This document shows, piece after piece, positions 28,531 to 40,868 of a DNA stretch of 64,000 nucleotides. The stretch's first letter is position 1. The number at the start of each line of letters is the position of its first letter. The translations under genes and the position numbers were made by a program. The notes under the pieces were generated by a model. The model searched no databases. It was given only the letters and a program-made list of their open reading frames with translations, and was not told where the DNA came from. Source of the DNA: an uncultured Burkholderiales bacterium (GTDB taxonomy: Bacteria > Pseudomonadota > Gammaproteobacteria > Burkholderiales > Burkholderiaceae_C); contig CAIQHG010000018.1 of assembly GCA_903871545.1 (NCBI GenBank), positions 5,163 to 69,162 of the forward strand, written 5' to 3'.

Positions 28531-29706
28531 TTGCTTTTGTCTCTTCAGGGAAAATTTCCTCTAGCCATTTTGGCGTTAAACGACGGCACCGTCTATGTGG
28601 GTCATTCAATTGGGGCTGCGGGCCTAAGCGTTGGAGAGGTTGTCTTCAACACAGCTTTGACCGGTTATCAAGAAATCCTTACCGATCCCAGTTACTGTCA
28701 GCAGTTGGTGACCTTAACTTACCCTCACATCGGGAACTACGGCATTAGTCGAGAGGACGTTGAATCGGACCGCGTTTACGCGGCCGGTTTAATCATCAAA
28801 GATCTTGCCCTGAGAGCATCTAACTTTAGAAGCACTGAGGATCTCACTGCTTATTTAACTCGTCAAGGTACGGTTGCCATTGCGGGTATTGACACCAGAA
28901 GTTTAACCAGAAGACTGAGAACCCATGGTGCTCAAAATGGAGCTATTCTTTGCTTACCTGTAGGTCAAGGGCTTGACGCGGCAACCCTTAAGTCGGCATC
29001 TGAAAAAGCTTTGGCTGCGGCACGCTCTGCGCCCTCCATGAGCGGACTAGACCTTGCTCAAAAGGTATCCGTTACTAAATCTTTTGAATGGACTGAGTCG
29101 CAGTGGGTTTTAGGCAAAGGTTACGGCACGCCCAAAGATCTTAAGTATCACGTGGTTGCCTATGACTTTGGTGTGAAACGAAATATTCTTCGTATGCTGA
29201 GTCAAAGAGGATGCAAAATAACTGTGGTTCCTGCAAAGACAACTGCTGAACAAGTTTTATCTCTTAAGCCCAGTGGAGTCTTCTTGTCCAATGGCCCAGG
29301 CGACCCACAACCTTGTGATTACGCCATCCACGCGGTAACTACTTTGATTGAATCGGGTCTTCCAACTTTTGGTATTTGTTTGGGCCACCAAATCATGGCA
29401 CTTGCCAGTGGCGCAAAAACATTCAAAATGAAATTTGGACATCACGGTGCCAATCATCCTGTGCAAGAGATATCCTCTAAAAGAGTTTCCATTACAAGTC
29501 AAAATCACGGCTTCGCAGTTGACGGTGAAACTTTGCCTGCTAATTTAAAGCCAACTCACGTCTCTCTTTTTGATGGCACGATTCAAGGGCTAATGCGCAC
29601 CGATCGGCCCGCATTTTGTTTTCAAGGACACCCCGAAGCATCACCCGGACCACACGATATAGATTATTTGTTTGACCGCTTTACAGCGCTCATGGAGAAG
29701 AGTTAA
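28531..29706 (+). CDS. carA: Carbamoyl-phosphate synthase small subunit
   Basis: [33 protein letters not shown] and [11 protein letters not shown] motifs; TTG start. Confidence 0.99.
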   Translation: MLLSLQGKFPLAILALNDGTVYVGHSIGAAGLSVGEVVFNTALTGYQEILTDPSYCQQLVTLTYPHIGNYGISREDVESDRVYAAGLIIKDLALRASNFRSTEDLTAYLTRQGTVAIAGIDTRSLTRRLRTHGAQNGAILCLPVGQGLDAATLKSASEKALAAARSAPSMSGLDLAQKVSVTKSFEWTESQWVLGKGYGTPKDLKYHVVAYDFGVKRNILRMLSQRGCKITVVPAKTTAEQVLSLKPSGVFLSNGPGDPQPCDYAIHAVTTLIESGLPTFGICLGHQIMALASGAKTFKMKFGHHGANHPVQEISSKRVSITSQNHGFAVDGETLPANLKPTHVSLFDGTIQGLMRTDRPAFCFQGHPEASPGPHDIDYLFDRFTALMEKS

Positions 29707-32700
29707 ATGCCAAAGCGCACCGATATAAAAAGTATTTTGATCATTGGCGCAGGCCCCATTATTATTGGTCAAGCTTGTGAGTTTGATTATTCAGGTGTTC
29801 AGGCCTGCAAGGCTTTACGAGAGGAGGGCTTCAAAGTTATTTTGATCAACAGTAATCCGGCCACGATAATGACAGATCCCTCAACTGCGGATGTCACCTA
29901 CATTGAGCCGATTACTTGGCAAACGGTTGAGAAAATCATCCTTAAAGAAAGGCCTGATGCGATTTTGCCGACCATGGGGGGGCAAACTGCTTTGAACTGC
30001 GCACTCGACTTGTGGCATCAAGGGATACTCAAAAAATACAATGTAGAGTTGATTGGCGCTAGCCCACAGGCCATAGACAAAGCTGAGGACCGTCTCAAGT
30101 TCAAGGAGGCAATGACGAAAATCGGTCTAGGCTCTGCAAGATCAGGTATAGCTCACAGCATGGACGAGGCCTGGACAGTTCAAAAGACTTTGGGTTTCCC
30201 AACCGTCATTCGTCCTAGTTTCACGCTCGGCGGAACCGGGGGCGGCATTGCTTACAACTCAGAAGAATTCGAAACCATTTGCAAGCGTGGACTTGAGGCC
30301 TCTCCCACCAATGAATTGCTCATTGAGGAGTCACTACTGGGGTGGAAAGAGTATGAGATGGAGGTGGTAAGGGACAAGGCAGATAACTGCATTATTGTTT
30401 GTTCTATCGAAAATTTGGACCCTATGGGGGTTCATACGGGAGACTCCATAACAGTTGCTCCAGCCCAGACGCTCACTGATAAAGAGTATCAAATAATGCG
30501 CAACGCGTCTCTTGCTGTGCTTAGAGAAATAGGTGTGGATACGGGAGGCTCGAACGTGCAGTTTGCGATAAACCCTGTTGACGGTCGTATGATCGTAATT
30601 GAGATGAATCCGCGGGTCTCAAGGTCGTCTGCGCTCGCCTCAAAAGCAACTGGTTTTCCGATCGCCAAAGTAGCAGCCAAATTGGCGGTTGGTTACACAT
30701 TGGATGAGTTAAGAAATGAGATCACTGGTGGAGCCACTCCGGCAAGCTTTGAGCCCAGTATTGACTATGTTGTCACTAAGATACCGCGCTTTGCATTTGA
30801 GAAATTCCCCCAAGCTGACTCAAGACTTACAACCCAAATGAAGTCAGTGGGCGAAGTAATGGCGATGGGCAGAACCTTTCAAGAGTCCTTTCAAAAAGCG
30901 TTGAGAGGGTTGGAAGTGGGGGTGGACGGCATGAACCAAAAGACAGTCGACCGGGAGGTTTTAGAGAAGGAACTAGGCGAGCCCGGTCCAGAAAGAATTT
31001 GGTACGTTGGGGACGCCTTTGGTCTTGGAATGAGCGTTGATGAAGTTCATGCGATTACTAAAATCGACCCTTGGTTCTTGGTACAAATTGAAGAAATAAT
31101 CAAAATAGAGCTTGACATCGATAAATTAGCAGAAACCAAAGGCGCCTTAGCTCTTGAGTCTATTGATGCTCAAACTTTGAGAAAGTTAAAGCAAAAGGGC
31201 TTCTCCGATAGACGACTAGCTAAGTTGCTTCATACAACAGAGCAATCTTTTCGTTCGCGTCGTCATGCATTGGGCATAAGACCAGTCTATAAACGGGTAG
31301 ATACCTGCGCTGCAGAATTTGAAACACGCACTGCTTACATGTACTCAACCTATGAGGAAGAGTGCGAGTCCGAGCCTACGGATAAAAAGAAAATAATGGT
31401 CTTAGGCGGAGGACCTAACCGGATTGGCCAAGGAATCGAATTTGATTACTGCTGCGTGCACGCGGCTCTTGCACTGCGAGAGGACGGCTATGAGACGATT
31501 ATGGTCAACTGCAACCCTGAAACTGTTTCAACAGATTTTGACATTAGCGACCGACTTTACTTTGAGCCACTGACCCTTGAAGATGTTTTAGAGATCGTTG
31601 AAAAAGAAAAGCCACTGGGTGTAATCGTTCAGTACGGTGGTCAAACCCCGCTGAAACTTGCGCTCGGATTAGAGGCCGCTGGCGTGCCCATTATTGGGAC
31701 AAGCCCAGATATGATCGATGCAGCAGAGGACCGTGAACGGTTTCAAAAGTTGCTGCACGAACTCAAATTGCTGCAGCCACCAAATGCAACTGCCAGAACT
31801 GAGCCTGAAGCTCTTTTAAAAGCCCAAGCTCTTGGTTATCCACTGGTTGTTCGCCCAAGCTACGTCCTTGGGGGACGAGCTATGGAGATTGTTCATGAGC
31901 AAAAAGACCTAGAAAGATACATGCGCGAGGCAGTTAAGGTCAGTCACGACTCTCCAGTCTTGCTAGACCGTTTCTTAAACGACGCGATTGAATGCGATGT
32001 GGACGCCTTGTCAGATGGTGTAGATGTGTTTATTGGCGGCGTGATGGAGCACATTGAGCAGGCCGGCGTTCACAGCGGTGACTCCGCTTGCTCTTTACCT
32101 CCCTACTCTTTATCAGCCCAGACCATTAAAACCCTGAAGCTCCAGACCGCCGCGATGGCTAAAGGTCTCAATGTAGTGGGTCTGATGAATGTTCAATTTG
32201 CAATACAAAAGCAAAATGGGGTGGATGTTATTTATGTTTTGGAAGTTAACCCAAGGGCTAGCAGAACAGTACCCTACGTTAGCAAGGCTACAGGTATCCA
32301 ACTTGCTAAAGTTGCTGCCCGTTGCATGGTTGGTCAGTCTTTGGTGTCCCAAGGCGTCACTCAAGAGGTAAATCCTCCCTACTTTAGCGTTAAGGAGGCA
32401 GTATTTCCTTTCGTCAAGTTTCCAGGAGTCGACACAATACTTGGTCCAGAGATGAAATCTACCGGCGAGGTTATGGGTGTTGGAAAAACTTTTGGGGAGG
32501 CATTTGTAAAGAGTCAAATAGGTGCAGGCACCCGTTTTCCAAGGCCAACTGATCCAGTTAAAAAAATATTTTTAACAGTCAAAAACAATGACAAACCAAG
32601 GGCGGTAGAGTTGGCTAGGACTCTTTTGGAGATGGGCTTTGAGATAGTGGCCACGCGGGGTACAGCATTGGCTATCTCTGGGGCTGGTCTTAGGGTCGCT

Positions 32701-32958
32701 GCAGTTAACAAAGTGGCAGAGGGACGCCCACACGTGGTCGATATGATTAAAAACAATGAAATCGCCATGGTTATAAATACCGTAGAAGAGCGACGCAACG
32801 CAATTGCTGATTCACGTCAAATCAGAACTTCCTCTCTCACGGCGCGCGTCACAACCATCACTACAATGGCTGGAGCCGAGGCTGCGGTTGAGGGCATGAA
32901 ACACATGGACACATTAGAGGTGTACTCAGTGCAAGAATTGCACGCACAATTGGTTTGA
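29707..32958 (+). CDS. carB: Carbamoyl-phosphate synthase large subunit
   Basis: [30 protein letters not shown]; duplicated ATP-grasp domains and a C-terminal MGS domain. Confidence 0.99.
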   Translation: MPKRTDIKSILIIGAGPIIIGQACEFDYSGVQACKALREEGFKVILINSNPATIMTDPSTADVTYIEPITWQTVEKIILKERPDAILPTMGGQTALNCALDLWHQGILKKYNVELIGASPQAIDKAEDRLKFKEAMTKIGLGSARSGIAHSMDEAWTVQKTLGFPTVIRPSFTLGGTGGGIAYNSEEFETICKRGLEASPTNELLIEESLLGWKEYEMEVVRDKADNCIIVCSIENLDPMGVHTGDSITVAPAQTLTDKEYQIMRNASLAVLREIGVDTGGSNVQFAINPVDGRMIVIEMNPRVSRSSALASKATGFPIAKVAAKLAVGYTLDELRNEITGGATPASFEPSIDYVVTKIPRFAFEKFPQADSRLTTQMKSVGEVMAMGRTFQESFQKALRGLEVGVDGMNQKTVDREVLEKELGEPGPERIWYVGDAFGLGMSVDEVHAITKIDPWFLVQIEEIIKIELDIDKLAETKGALALESIDAQTLRKLKQKGFSDRRLAKLLHTTEQSFRSRRHALGIRPVYKRVDTCAAEFETRTAYMYSTYEEECESEPTDKKKIMVLGGGPNRIGQGIEFDYCCVHAALALREDGYETIMVNCNPETVSTDFDISDRLYFEPLTLEDVLEIVEKEKPLGVIVQYGGQTPLKLALGLEAAGVPIIGTSPDMIDAAEDRERFQKLLHELKLLQPPNATARTEPEALLKAQALGYPLVVRPSYVLGGRAMEIVHEQKDLERYMREAVKVSHDSPVLLDRFLNDAIECDVDALSDGVDVFIGGVMEHIEQAGVHSGDSACSLPPYSLSAQTIKTLKLQTAAMAKGLNVVGLMNVQFAIQKQNGVDVIYVLEVNPRASRTVPYVSKATGIQLAKVAARCMVGQSLVSQGVTQEVNPPYFSVKEAVFPFVKFPGVDTILGPEMKSTGEVMGVGKTFGEAFVKSQIGAGTRFPRPTDPVKKIFLTVKNNDKPRAVELARTLLEMGFEIVATRGTALAISGAGLRVAAVNKVAEGRPHVVDMIKNNEIAMVINTVEERRNAIADSRQIRTSSLTARVTTITTMAGAEAAVEGMKHMDTLEVYSVQELHAQLV

Positions 32959-33036
32959 AATTGGGTGAAATTGGGTGGATATGAGACCATCACCCAATCT
33001 TAAAATGTTGAACGATGGAACTTTTGGATTGAACTT

Positions 33037-33513
33037 ATGGCGACTATTCCTATTACAAAGCGTGGGTCAGAAAAACTAAAGGACGAACTTCACCGTCTTA
33101 AAACGGTGGATCGACCATGGGTTATAAACGCCATCTCAGAGGCCCGTGCACAGGGCGATTTATCTGAAAATGCGGAATACGATGCAGCTAAAGATCGTCA
33201 AGGCTTCATTGAGGGAAGAATTCAAGAAATTGAGAGCAAACTCTCGATTGCCCAAATTATTGATCCTGCCTCTTTGAATGCTGACGGCCTAGTTGTCTTT
33301 GGCTCTACAGTAGAGTTAGAAGACGAGGCGAGCGGAGATAAAGTTACTTACCAAATTGTGGGCGAGGATGAGGCCGACTTAAAGCTTGGTTTGATTAATA
33401 TCAGCAGCCCAATTGCGCGCGCGCTGATTGGTAAAGAGGAGGGCGACGCAGCCGTGGTTCAGGCCCCTGGGGGCGAAAAGCGCTACGAAATCGTAGCCGT
33501 TTCCTACAAGTAA
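33037..33513 (+). CDS. greA: Transcription elongation factor GreA
   Basis: GDLSENAEYDAAK and ISSPIARALIGK motifs. Confidence 0.98.
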   Translation: MATIPITKRGSEKLKDELHRLKTVDRPWVINAISEARAQGDLSENAEYDAAKDRQGFIEGRIQEIESKLSIAQIIDPASLNADGLVVFGSTVELEDEASGDKVTYQIVGEDEADLKLGLINISSPIARALIGKEEGDAAVVQAPGGEKRYEIVAVSYK

Positions 33514-33530
33514 CGGCCCAGTCAACCCAA

Positions 33531-33962
33531 ATGGGGCGAATTAAACTTTTTCTAGCTGCCTTTTGGTGGGGAAGTTTAAGTGCAGTGGGGTTTATGGTGG
33601 TACCTTTGCTTTTTATACATTTGGAAACCCCATCCATGGCAGGTCAAATGGCTAGTTTTTTATTTACGGCCCAAACCTGGGTCTGCTTAATTTGCGGGCT
33701 AAGCTTGATCGTTGCATCGCGAAGGCAAACCCAGGACGACTCCCTTTTCAATAGGGAGAATATAAAAATATCTCCCTCCGGGTGGGTAGTTACGGGTATG
33801 CTTTGCGCAGTTGTATTGGAGTTTGCGGTTTCTCCGCGCATTATGATGCGAGAGAATTTAGCGCTTTGGCATGCTGTTGGAAGCGGCCTTTACGTTGCTC
33901 AGTGGATTTGTGCTACTGGATATATGTGGCGGTATTACTCTAAAATAACCAGGCCGCGTTAA
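33531..33962 (+). CDS. DUF4149-like membrane protein
   Basis: 4-TM protein, WWGSL...VVPLLF and WHAVGS motifs; usual position after greA. Confidence 0.75.
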   Translation: MGRIKLFLAAFWWGSLSAVGFMVVPLLFIHLETPSMAGQMASFLFTAQTWVCLICGLSLIVASRRQTQDDSLFNRENIKISPSGWVVTGMLCAVVLEFAVSPRIMMRENLALWHAVGSGLYVAQWICATGYMWRYYSKITRPR

Positions 33963-34020
33963 GTTGGCGCCGCCAAAAATTTCCCCCACTAGGCTTAAGC
34001 TGGAAGAACGATTGTTCAGA

Positions 34021-34497
34021 CTAATTGTCTAAATTTTGTTTTTTGATCGATTTCTGCTTGGGCTTAGCTCTTTTGACTTGTCCACCAGCACTAAGTCGTT
34101 GATTGCCAAGGACTTTAACTGTTTTAACCTCAGGACGTTGACCACCGCGTTTTGAGTATTTGAGAACTTTAAATTCCCGTGGACCTGGTTTGCGGTCCTC
34201 ACTAATTGGTTTTTCTTTTTCTTCAATGGGCCGCCAAAGAACCAAAAGTTTGCCGATGTGCTGAATGGGTGCGGCATTTAAGTGCTCTGCAAGGGACAGA
34301 AATATCTCCTCACGAGCTGCTCTGTCGTCCCCATGAACTCGGATTTTGATCAATCCGTGGGCATCAAGGGCGGCTTTGATTTCTTTTGTAACAGAGGCGC
34401 TCAGGCCCTCTTGCCCAATCATTACGACGGGGGTGAGGTGGTGAGCATTGGCGCGGTGAACTTTGCGCTGGCTTGGAGTTAGGATAATTGCAGACAT
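34021..34497 (-). CDS. yhbY: YhbY RNA-binding protein with basic C-terminal tail
   Basis: [19 protein letters not shown] and [11 protein letters not shown] motifs. Start moved to ATG 34497. Confidence 0.92.
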   Translation of the reverse strand: MSAIILTPSQRKVHRANAHHLTPVVMIGQEGLSASVTKEIKAALDAHGLIKIRVHGDDRAAREEIFLSLAEHLNAAPIQHIGKLLVLWRPIEEKEKPISEDRKPGPREFKVLKYSKRGGQRPEVKTVKVLGNQRLSAGGQVKRAKPKQKSIKKQNLDN

Positions 34498-34531
34498 CGT
34501 TGTATTATCCTCTCTCAAAACGGGAACTCCA

Positions 34532-35197
34532 TTGAAAGTCAAAACTCAAAGCAAAAAAGTTAATAAGGCGTGGTTAAATGACCATGTTAATGACCCTTAC
34601 GTCAAGTTGGCTAAAAAAGAGGGCTACCGAGCGCGGGCCGCCTACAAGCTGAAAGAAATTGATGAGGAATTAAAACTCATCAAACCTGGAAGCATCGTGG
34701 TCGATTTAGGCTCTGCACCTGGCGCTTGGAGTCAGTATGTGAGGCGCAAACTAGCGCCTGAGGGCGCCGCTATAGGAGAACTCGACGGCTCCATCATTGC
34801 ACTTGATCTATTGCCAATGGAGCCAATTGAAGGGGTTGAATTCATAATGGGGGACTTTCGCGAACCAAGTGTAGGCGAGCAGATGTCACAACTCTTAAGG
34901 GGACGGGTCGTGGATGTGGTTGTATCAGATATGGCCCCTAATTTGTCCGGCATTGAATCTGCCGATGCTGCGCGTATCTCACATTTAGTAGAGTTGGCAT
35001 TGGAATTTTCCCAAAATCATATGAAAAAAGAGGGCTCCTTGGTGGTGAAGGTTTTTCACGGAAGTGGCTATAGCCAGTTAGTGAAACTTTTTAAAAATAC
35101 CTTCAAAATTGTGAAGCCTATGAAACCCAAAGCCAGCCGCTCAAATTCTGCTGAAAACTTCATTGTCGGTATAGGATTAAAGGAGGGAGGGATCTAG
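34532..35197 (+). CDS. rlmE: 23S rRNA (U2552) 2'-O-methyltransferase
   Basis: [38 protein letters not shown] and ASRSNSAE motifs. Start moved to TTG 34532. Confidence 0.96.
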   Translation: MKVKTQSKKVNKAWLNDHVNDPYVKLAKKEGYRARAAYKLKEIDEELKLIKPGSIVVDLGSAPGAWSQYVRRKLAPEGAAIGELDGSIIALDLLPMEPIEGVEFIMGDFREPSVGEQMSQLLRGRVVDVVVSDMAPNLSGIESADAARISHLVELALEFSQNHMKKEGSLVVKVFHGSGYSQLVKLFKNTFKIVKPMKPKASRSNSAENFIVGIGLKEGGI

Positions 35198-35386
35198 GTT
35201 TTACGGGGTACTAAAGGCCTTTAGTTACATTTTTTAAAGGTCTTGGTTGCAAAATCAGCAAAACCTTAAGGGTATTAGGGGTGAAAGTATAAAAAGAGTC
35301 CCCCGGCACTCTTGAAAAGACTAAAATGGACATTCTCAAGAATTCTTTACCAAGTCGTTAAGAATTTAATCTATCTGGAGCTTGCG

Positions 35387-37303
35387 TTGAATAATCAATG
35401 GTTTTCTAAAGTGGCCGTATGGCTAGTCATTGCTTTGGTGCTTTTTACAGTATTTAAGCAATTTGATTCACACACTCAGGGTAACACCGGGTATCTGGCT
35501 TATTCTGACTTTTTAGACGAAGTTCACAGTAAGAGGATTAAATCTGCTGTGATCCAAGAAGGCCAAGGCGGGTCAGAGATTTTAGCCATCACTACGGATG
35601 ACAGAAAGATCCATACCAACGCCACTTATTTGGATCGCGGTTTAGTGGGCGACCTAATCTCCAATAACGTGAAATTTGACGTTAAGCCTCGCGAAGAGAG
35701 CTCTTTGTTGATGACACTTTTAGTGAGCTGGGGCCCAATGCTACTTTTGATTGGCGTGTGGGTTTACTTTATGCGACAAATGCAAGGTGGCGGTAAGGGC
35801 GGCGCATTTAGCTTTGGAAAAAGTCGTGCGCGTATGCTAGACGATTCCAACAACCAAGTAACCTTTGCTGACGTTGCGGGTTGCGATGAGGCCAAAGAAG
35901 AGGTTAAGGAAGTAGTTGAATTCTTGAAAGATCCTCAAAAATTTCAAAAGTTAGGCGGGCGTATACCAAGAGGTTTGCTACTCGTTGGTCCCCCCGGCAC
36001 TGGAAAGACCTTACTTGCCAAAGGTATCGCTGGCGAAGCCAAAGTTCCTTTTTTCAGCATCTCAGGCTCAGATTTCGTTGAGATGTTTGTTGGTGTGGGT
36101 GCCGCCCGCGTCCGAGACATGTTCGAGAACGCCAAGAAAAATGCCCCATGCATCATATTCATTGATGAGATTGATGCAGTAGGACGTCAGCGCGGTGCCG
36201 GCCTTGGGGGCGGCAATGACGAGCGCGAACAAACGCTTAACCAAATGTTGGTTGAGATGGACGGCTTTGAAACTAATTTAGGCGTTATCGTTGTAGCAGC
36301 CACAAACCGGCCAGATATATTGGACTCCGCTTTACTCAGACCAGGCCGATTTGATCGTCAGGTTTACGTTCAGTTGCCAGACATTCGTGGACGTGAGCAA
36401 ATTTTAAATGTCCACATGCGCAAAGTGCCAATTGGGCAAGACGTTAATGCCTCCGTAATCGCCCGCGGAACACCGGGGATGAGTGGCGCAGATTTAGCCA
36501 ATCTTTGCAATGAAGCTGCCTTGATGGCAGCCCGTCGCAACGCTCGTGTGGTTGAGATGCAAGATTTTGAGAAAGCGAAAGACAAAATCTTAATGGGTCC
36601 GGAGAGAAAGAGCATGGTTATGCCAGAAGAGGAGCGAGTCAACACCGCCTACCACGAGTCAGGACATGCTTTGATCGGACGTTTATTACCCAAGTGCGAT
36701 CCGATTCATAAAGTCACTATTATTCCTAGAGGCCGAGCGTTAGGTGTCACAATGAGTTTGCCGGAAAAAGATAGGTATAGTTATGACCGTGAATACATGC
36801 TGAATCAAATTAGCATGCTGTTTGGAGGACGTATTGCAGAAGAAGTCTTTATGAATCAGATGACAACTGGTGCGTCTAATGACTTCGAGCGCGCCACGCA
36901 AATTGCGCGAGATATGGTGATGCGATACGGAATGTCACAAGCTCTTGGACCTATGGTTTATGCTGAAAATGAGGGGGAAGTCTTTTTGGGCAGATCCGTT
37001 ACTAAGACCACCCACATGAGCGAGTCAACGATGAAAAAAGTGGACGATGAAGTTCGCTCCATCATTGATACTCAGTACAACTCGGCCAGACGTTTGATTG
37101 AGGAAAATCAAGACAAAATGCACGCAATGGCCCATGCGTTGCTTGAGTGGGAAACAATTGATATCGAGCAATTGGACGACATCATGGCTGGACGTGCTCC
37201 CCGTCCTCCAAAGGATTGGTCACCGCGCACCCCTCCCTCAGGGGACGGTAGCGGAGGTAGTGGTCAATCTGTGCCCGTAGCTCCAGCCCATAACGCGGCT
37301 TGA
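35387..37303 (+). CDS. ftsH: ATP-dependent zinc metalloprotease FtsH
   Basis: [18 protein letters not shown] and HESGH motifs. Start moved to TTG 35387 (SD GGAG at 35377-35380). Confidence 0.99.
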   Translation: MNNQWFSKVAVWLVIALVLFTVFKQFDSHTQGNTGYLAYSDFLDEVHSKRIKSAVIQEGQGGSEILAITTDDRKIHTNATYLDRGLVGDLISNNVKFDVKPREESSLLMTLLVSWGPMLLLIGVWVYFMRQMQGGGKGGAFSFGKSRARMLDDSNNQVTFADVAGCDEAKEEVKEVVEFLKDPQKFQKLGGRIPRGLLLVGPPGTGKTLLAKGIAGEAKVPFFSISGSDFVEMFVGVGAARVRDMFENAKKNAPCIIFIDEIDAVGRQRGAGLGGGNDEREQTLNQMLVEMDGFETNLGVIVVAATNRPDILDSALLRPGRFDRQVYVQLPDIRGREQILNVHMRKVPIGQDVNASVIARGTPGMSGADLANLCNEAALMAARRNARVVEMQDFEKAKDKILMGPERKSMVMPEEERVNTAYHESGHALIGRLLPKCDPIHKVTIIPRGRALGVTMSLPEKDRYSYDREYMLNQISMLFGGRIAEEVFMNQMTTGASNDFERATQIARDMVMRYGMSQALGPMVYAENEGEVFLGRSVTKTTHMSESTMKKVDDEVRSIIDTQYNSARRLIEENQDKMHAMAHALLEWETIDIEQLDDIMAGRAPRPPKDWSPRTPPSGDGSGGSGQSVPVAPAHNAA

Positions 37304-37397
37304 GCCTGCTCAATCATCCGTTGTAAATACAAATCCCAACTAAGGTATCTGCATATTTGTTCGATACCAAATGATGAGTTAATTTTGAGTCAACTAA

Positions 37398-38276
37398 ATG
37401 GTTGAAAATACTGGATTCTCGGGGCTTCGGCCCCTTGATTTTTTTTGGTCCACTTCGCGGTTTAATCTTTCCCTGCATAAGCCTCTTTTGATGGGAATCG
37501 TAAACGTCACTCCAGACTCATTCTCCGATAATGGCAAATATTTAAATAACGAACTTGCCATACTGCATGCTGCTAAGTTAGTAAAAGAGGGTGCTGATAT
37601 TTTAGATATTGGTGGTGAGTCCTCTCGCCCTGGAGCAACCCCTATTAACGCTCAGCAAGAGTGGCAAAGAATTGGAGCAGTTATTGACGAATTGGTTCGC
37701 TGGGGGGTTCCGCTGTCCCTTGACTCTTATCGATTGGAAACTCAGCTTAGAGCTTTAGATAAGGGTGTAGACATCATTAATGACATTTGGGCCTTACAAC
37801 ATAGCGGAGCTGTTGAGAGGTTGCTAAATTACAGATGTGGCGTGTGCCTGATGCATATGAACGGTGAGCCTCTTACTATGCAGCGTTCACCCATGATTGG
37901 CACAGGATCTGAGGGCTTCGCGCGCGTAAAGAAATTTTTGGCTCAAAGAGCAAATTCACTTAGGGCAGCTGGTTTCGCTAAAGAGAGAATAGTTTTGGAT
38001 CCGGGAATAGGTTTCGGTAAAACAGTGCCTCAAAATTTGTTTCTTTTAAAGAATCAAACTGAACTCATGGATTTAGGTTATCCAACGCTTATGGGTTGGT
38101 CGCGTAAATCAACCCTGGGCGAGGTCACCGAGTGCGCCGTAGATGAGCGCTTGACCCCTAGCATTGCTGCACTCATCATGGCTTTAGACAGGGGCGCCAA
38201 TATACTAAGAGTGCACGACGTTAAGGAAAGCGCTCAAGCCCTCAAGGTTTGGAGTGCAGTGCAGTGCAGTCAATAG
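37398..38276 (+). CDS. folP: Dihydropteroate synthase
   Basis: MGIVNVTPDSFSD, DIGGESSRPG, DPGIGFGK, GWSRKS and LRVHDV motifs. Confidence 0.97.
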   Translation: MVENTGFSGLRPLDFFWSTSRFNLSLHKPLLMGIVNVTPDSFSDNGKYLNNELAILHAAKLVKEGADILDIGGESSRPGATPINAQQEWQRIGAVIDELVRWGVPLSLDSYRLETQLRALDKGVDIINDIWALQHSGAVERLLNYRCGVCLMHMNGEPLTMQRSPMIGTGSEGFARVKKFLAQRANSLRAAGFAKERIVLDPGIGFGKTVPQNLFLLKNQTELMDLGYPTLMGWSRKSTLGEVTECAVDERLTPSIAALIMALDRGANILRVHDVKESAQALKVWSAVQCSQ

Positions 38277-38335
38277 CCTCGTGTTAAGTATGAGAAAATA
38301 TAATCTTTTTGATCTTTTGCAATTTAATAAATAAA

Positions 38336-39667
38336 ATGACAAGACAATACTTTGGTACCGACGGCATTCGCGGTACTGTTGGTAAAGCGCCAATTACGCC
38401 TGACTTTGTTTTAAAGCTAGCACACTCAGTTGGCCATGTTCTTAGGCAAGCGGAGCCGCGTCCCACAGTCTTGATCGGAAAAGATACCCGCATATCGGGC
38501 TACATGCTGGAGTCTGCACTTGAGTCAGGATTTAATTCGGCTGGCGTAGATGTTATTTTGCTTGGACCGCTGCCCACTCCAGGGGTTGCCTATCTGACCC
38601 GTGCACAAAGAGCATCTTTGGGCGTTGTAATCAGCGCAAGTCACAACCCTTACGCAGATAATGGCATCAAATTCTTTAGCTCTAATGGAACTAAGTTGGA
38701 TGATGCATGGGAGTTAAAAGTGGAGCAAGCACTTCTAAGGCCTCCTGAGTGGGTTGAGTCTAGTGTGCTTGGACGATCCAAACGACTTGACGACGCAGCC
38801 GGAAGGTACATAGAGTTTTGCAAAAGCACATTTGCAAATAACTTGACTTTAAAGGGCCTAAAAATAGTAGTTGATGCAGCTAATGGGGCTGCCTATCAAA
38901 TTGCCCCTAAAGTGTTCCATGAGTTGGGTGCTGAGGTGATCTCTATTGGTTGTTCACCGGATGGATTTAATATCAACAGGGAAGTTGGCGCGACTCACCC
39001 GCAGGCACTTTTAAATGCGGTTTTAGAAAATCAGGCGGATTTTGGCATTGCTCTTGACGGAGATGCGGACCGTCTTCAGTTTGCTGACAAAACAGGACGA
39101 CTATTTAATGGGGATGAAATACTTTATTTAATGGTGGATGAGCGAATTACGAGCGGTCAAAAAGTCGAGGGCGTTGTTGGGACATTAATGACCAATATGG
39201 CCGTTGAACTCGCTTTAAAGGGGCGGGGAGTGACTATGGTTCGAGCTAAGGTTGGCGACAGGTACGTTTTGGAGGAACTCGAGCGCAGGGGTTGGAACTT
39301 GGGCGGAGAGGGCTCTGGCCATTTACTGGCTCTTGATAAACACACAACGGGTGACGGCATCATCAGCGCCTTGCAAGTCTTGCAGGCCTGCGTGAGAAGT
39401 AAGTCGACCCCTGCCCAGATGTTAAAAGAGGTCAAGCTATTTCCTCAAATATTATTGAACTTACCCATCAAACCCGATGAGGATTGGCAAAAAAATGCTG
39501 AATTCAAGCGCCGCACTGCTGAGGTCACTCAGCAACTCAGCGGTCAGGGCCGACTACTCATCCGCGCCAGTGGAACTGAGCCATTGCTGCGCATTATGGT
39601 GGAGGCTAAACAAGGAATTGATGTCAAACCCATGGCTCAATATTTAGCCGAAGCTTTTGATATCTAG
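38336..39667 (+). CDS. glmM: Phosphoglucosamine mutase
   Basis: [22 protein letters not shown] and RASGTEP motifs. Start moved to ATG 38336. Confidence 0.98.
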   Translation: MTRQYFGTDGIRGTVGKAPITPDFVLKLAHSVGHVLRQAEPRPTVLIGKDTRISGYMLESALESGFNSAGVDVILLGPLPTPGVAYLTRAQRASLGVVISASHNPYADNGIKFFSSNGTKLDDAWELKVEQALLRPPEWVESSVLGRSKRLDDAAGRYIEFCKSTFANNLTLKGLKIVVDAANGAAYQIAPKVFHELGAEVISIGCSPDGFNINREVGATHPQALLNAVLENQADFGIALDGDADRLQFADKTGRLFNGDEILYLMVDERITSGQKVEGVVGTLMTNMAVELALKGRGVTMVRAKVGDRYVLEELERRGWNLGGEGSGHLLALDKHTTGDGIISALQVLQACVRSKSTPAQMLKEVKLFPQILLNLPIKPDEDWQKNAEFKRRTAEVTQQLSGQGRLLIRASGTEPLLRIMVEAKQGIDVKPMAQYLAEAFDI

Positions 39668-39716
39668 GTCTGTAGGTCTGTAGGTCTTTTGCGATCCCCC
39701 GCTTGCCCTCGGGGGA
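39665..39716. repeat. 8-bp tandem repeat (TAGGTCTG, about 3 copies) followed by a 7-bp GC hairpin
   Basis: TAGGTCTG TAGGTCTG TAGGTCT starting at the glmM stop; TCCCCCG-N8-CGGGGGA at 39695-39716. Confidence 0.7.
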
Positions 39717-39943
39717 AATGACAGAAAATAAGCAAATTCAATTCTTGTGTTCAATTTAAGATTTTTAAACTTTTTAATCTTTTTGAATTTTGCTCAACGG
39801 TCAACCAAAAAGACTTTAAAAACGTTTAAATTAAGTACATAATCTTAATTAAACATAACAATATGGGTTCATTGGAATCAGGGCGTATGAAGCCTAAATT
39901 TATCATGGGCCTCTTAAGGTTCAAAACCAATTTTCTTTAAACG

Positions 39944-40672
39944 GTGAATAAAGTGAAATCAAATCAAAAGTCTATCTCCCAATTAGCGATTACATTGATC
40001 TGCTTTGGATCCTTAGGGTCTGCGAATGCTCAAGATCAGGCGCGCGTACTTTCAAGCACTCCGGTCGTAAAACAGTTCTACGTTCCCCAGCAAGTATGCG
40101 GCACTTCGCAAGTCGCGGTCGCTGAGCCCAAAACAGGGGCAGGAGTCGTTGTGGGTGCCGTGGCTGGTGGATTAATTGGAAATACGCTAGGCTCGGGTGC
40201 TGGGCAGGCTGCGGCAACCGCTATAGGTGCAATATCGGGTGCAATAGTGGGTAATAACTTAGAAGCCCCTAACGTGGATTTACAAAACGTTGCGACCTGT
40301 TCAACACAAAATACGTTACAAAGCGCCACTATTTACCAGGTTGTTTACGAATATGCAGGCAAACAATACAACATTGAGATGCAATCAGACCCCGGCAAGT
40401 TCGTCACTCTTCAACTTAACCCAGTTGCACAAGGCCAATTACAACCATCTGGAACCGCGCCTCCCCCAGGATCAGCTCCATCTGTTAGTTACGCCTCTGG
40501 AGCTCCAACTCTAGCAACCACCATCGTTACACCCGCACCTGCCTACACTGTTTCAACCTATCGGTATCCAAGTGCCTATCCTTACGGCTATGGATATGGA
40601 TACGGCTATGTTTACCCCCCCGTTGCAATTGGTTTTGGCTATTACGGCGGATGTTGTGGACGTCGCCGCTAG
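39944..40672 (+). CDS. Glycine-zipper 2TM domain exported protein
   Basis: Signal peptide, GVVVGAVAGGLIGNTLG.G.G.AAATAIGAISGAIVG zipper, and a Tyr/Gly/Pro-rich tail. Confidence 0.85.
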   Translation: MNKVKSNQKSISQLAITLICFGSLGSANAQDQARVLSSTPVVKQFYVPQQVCGTSQVAVAEPKTGAGVVVGAVAGGLIGNTLGSGAGQAAATAIGAISGAIVGNNLEAPNVDLQNVATCSTQNTLQSATIYQVVYEYAGKQYNIEMQSDPGKFVTLQLNPVAQGQLQPSGTAPPPGSAPSVSYASGAPTLATTIVTPAPAYTVSTYRYPSAYPYGYGYGYGYVYPPVAIGFGYYGGCCGRRR

Positions 40673-40711
40673 TATCTATAGATTTCAAATCTAAAATTTT
40701 AGTTTTATTGC

Positions 40712-40750
40712 CCCGTATCAGAACTGCTTTTTGATACGGGTGCTACTTTT
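40712..40750 (+). terminator. Probable intrinsic terminator
   Basis: CCCGTATCA-N11-TGATACGGG followed by tgctactttt. Confidence 0.6.
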
Positions 40751-40868
40751 TAGGATTACTAATTTAAACTTTATAATACAAAAGTTCTATTCCTGTGAGA
40801 TTTGCTCTTTAAAAGCCGCTACTAAATGATGTTAAAGTGAGATACTAAGTTCGCAATTTAGATCGTTT

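Noticed and set aside
35311-35340. Possible sigma-32 promoter for ftsH (CTTGAA...)
   Set aside because: The -35 matches, but the -10 (GGACATTC) is a poor match to CCCCATNT; not supportable.
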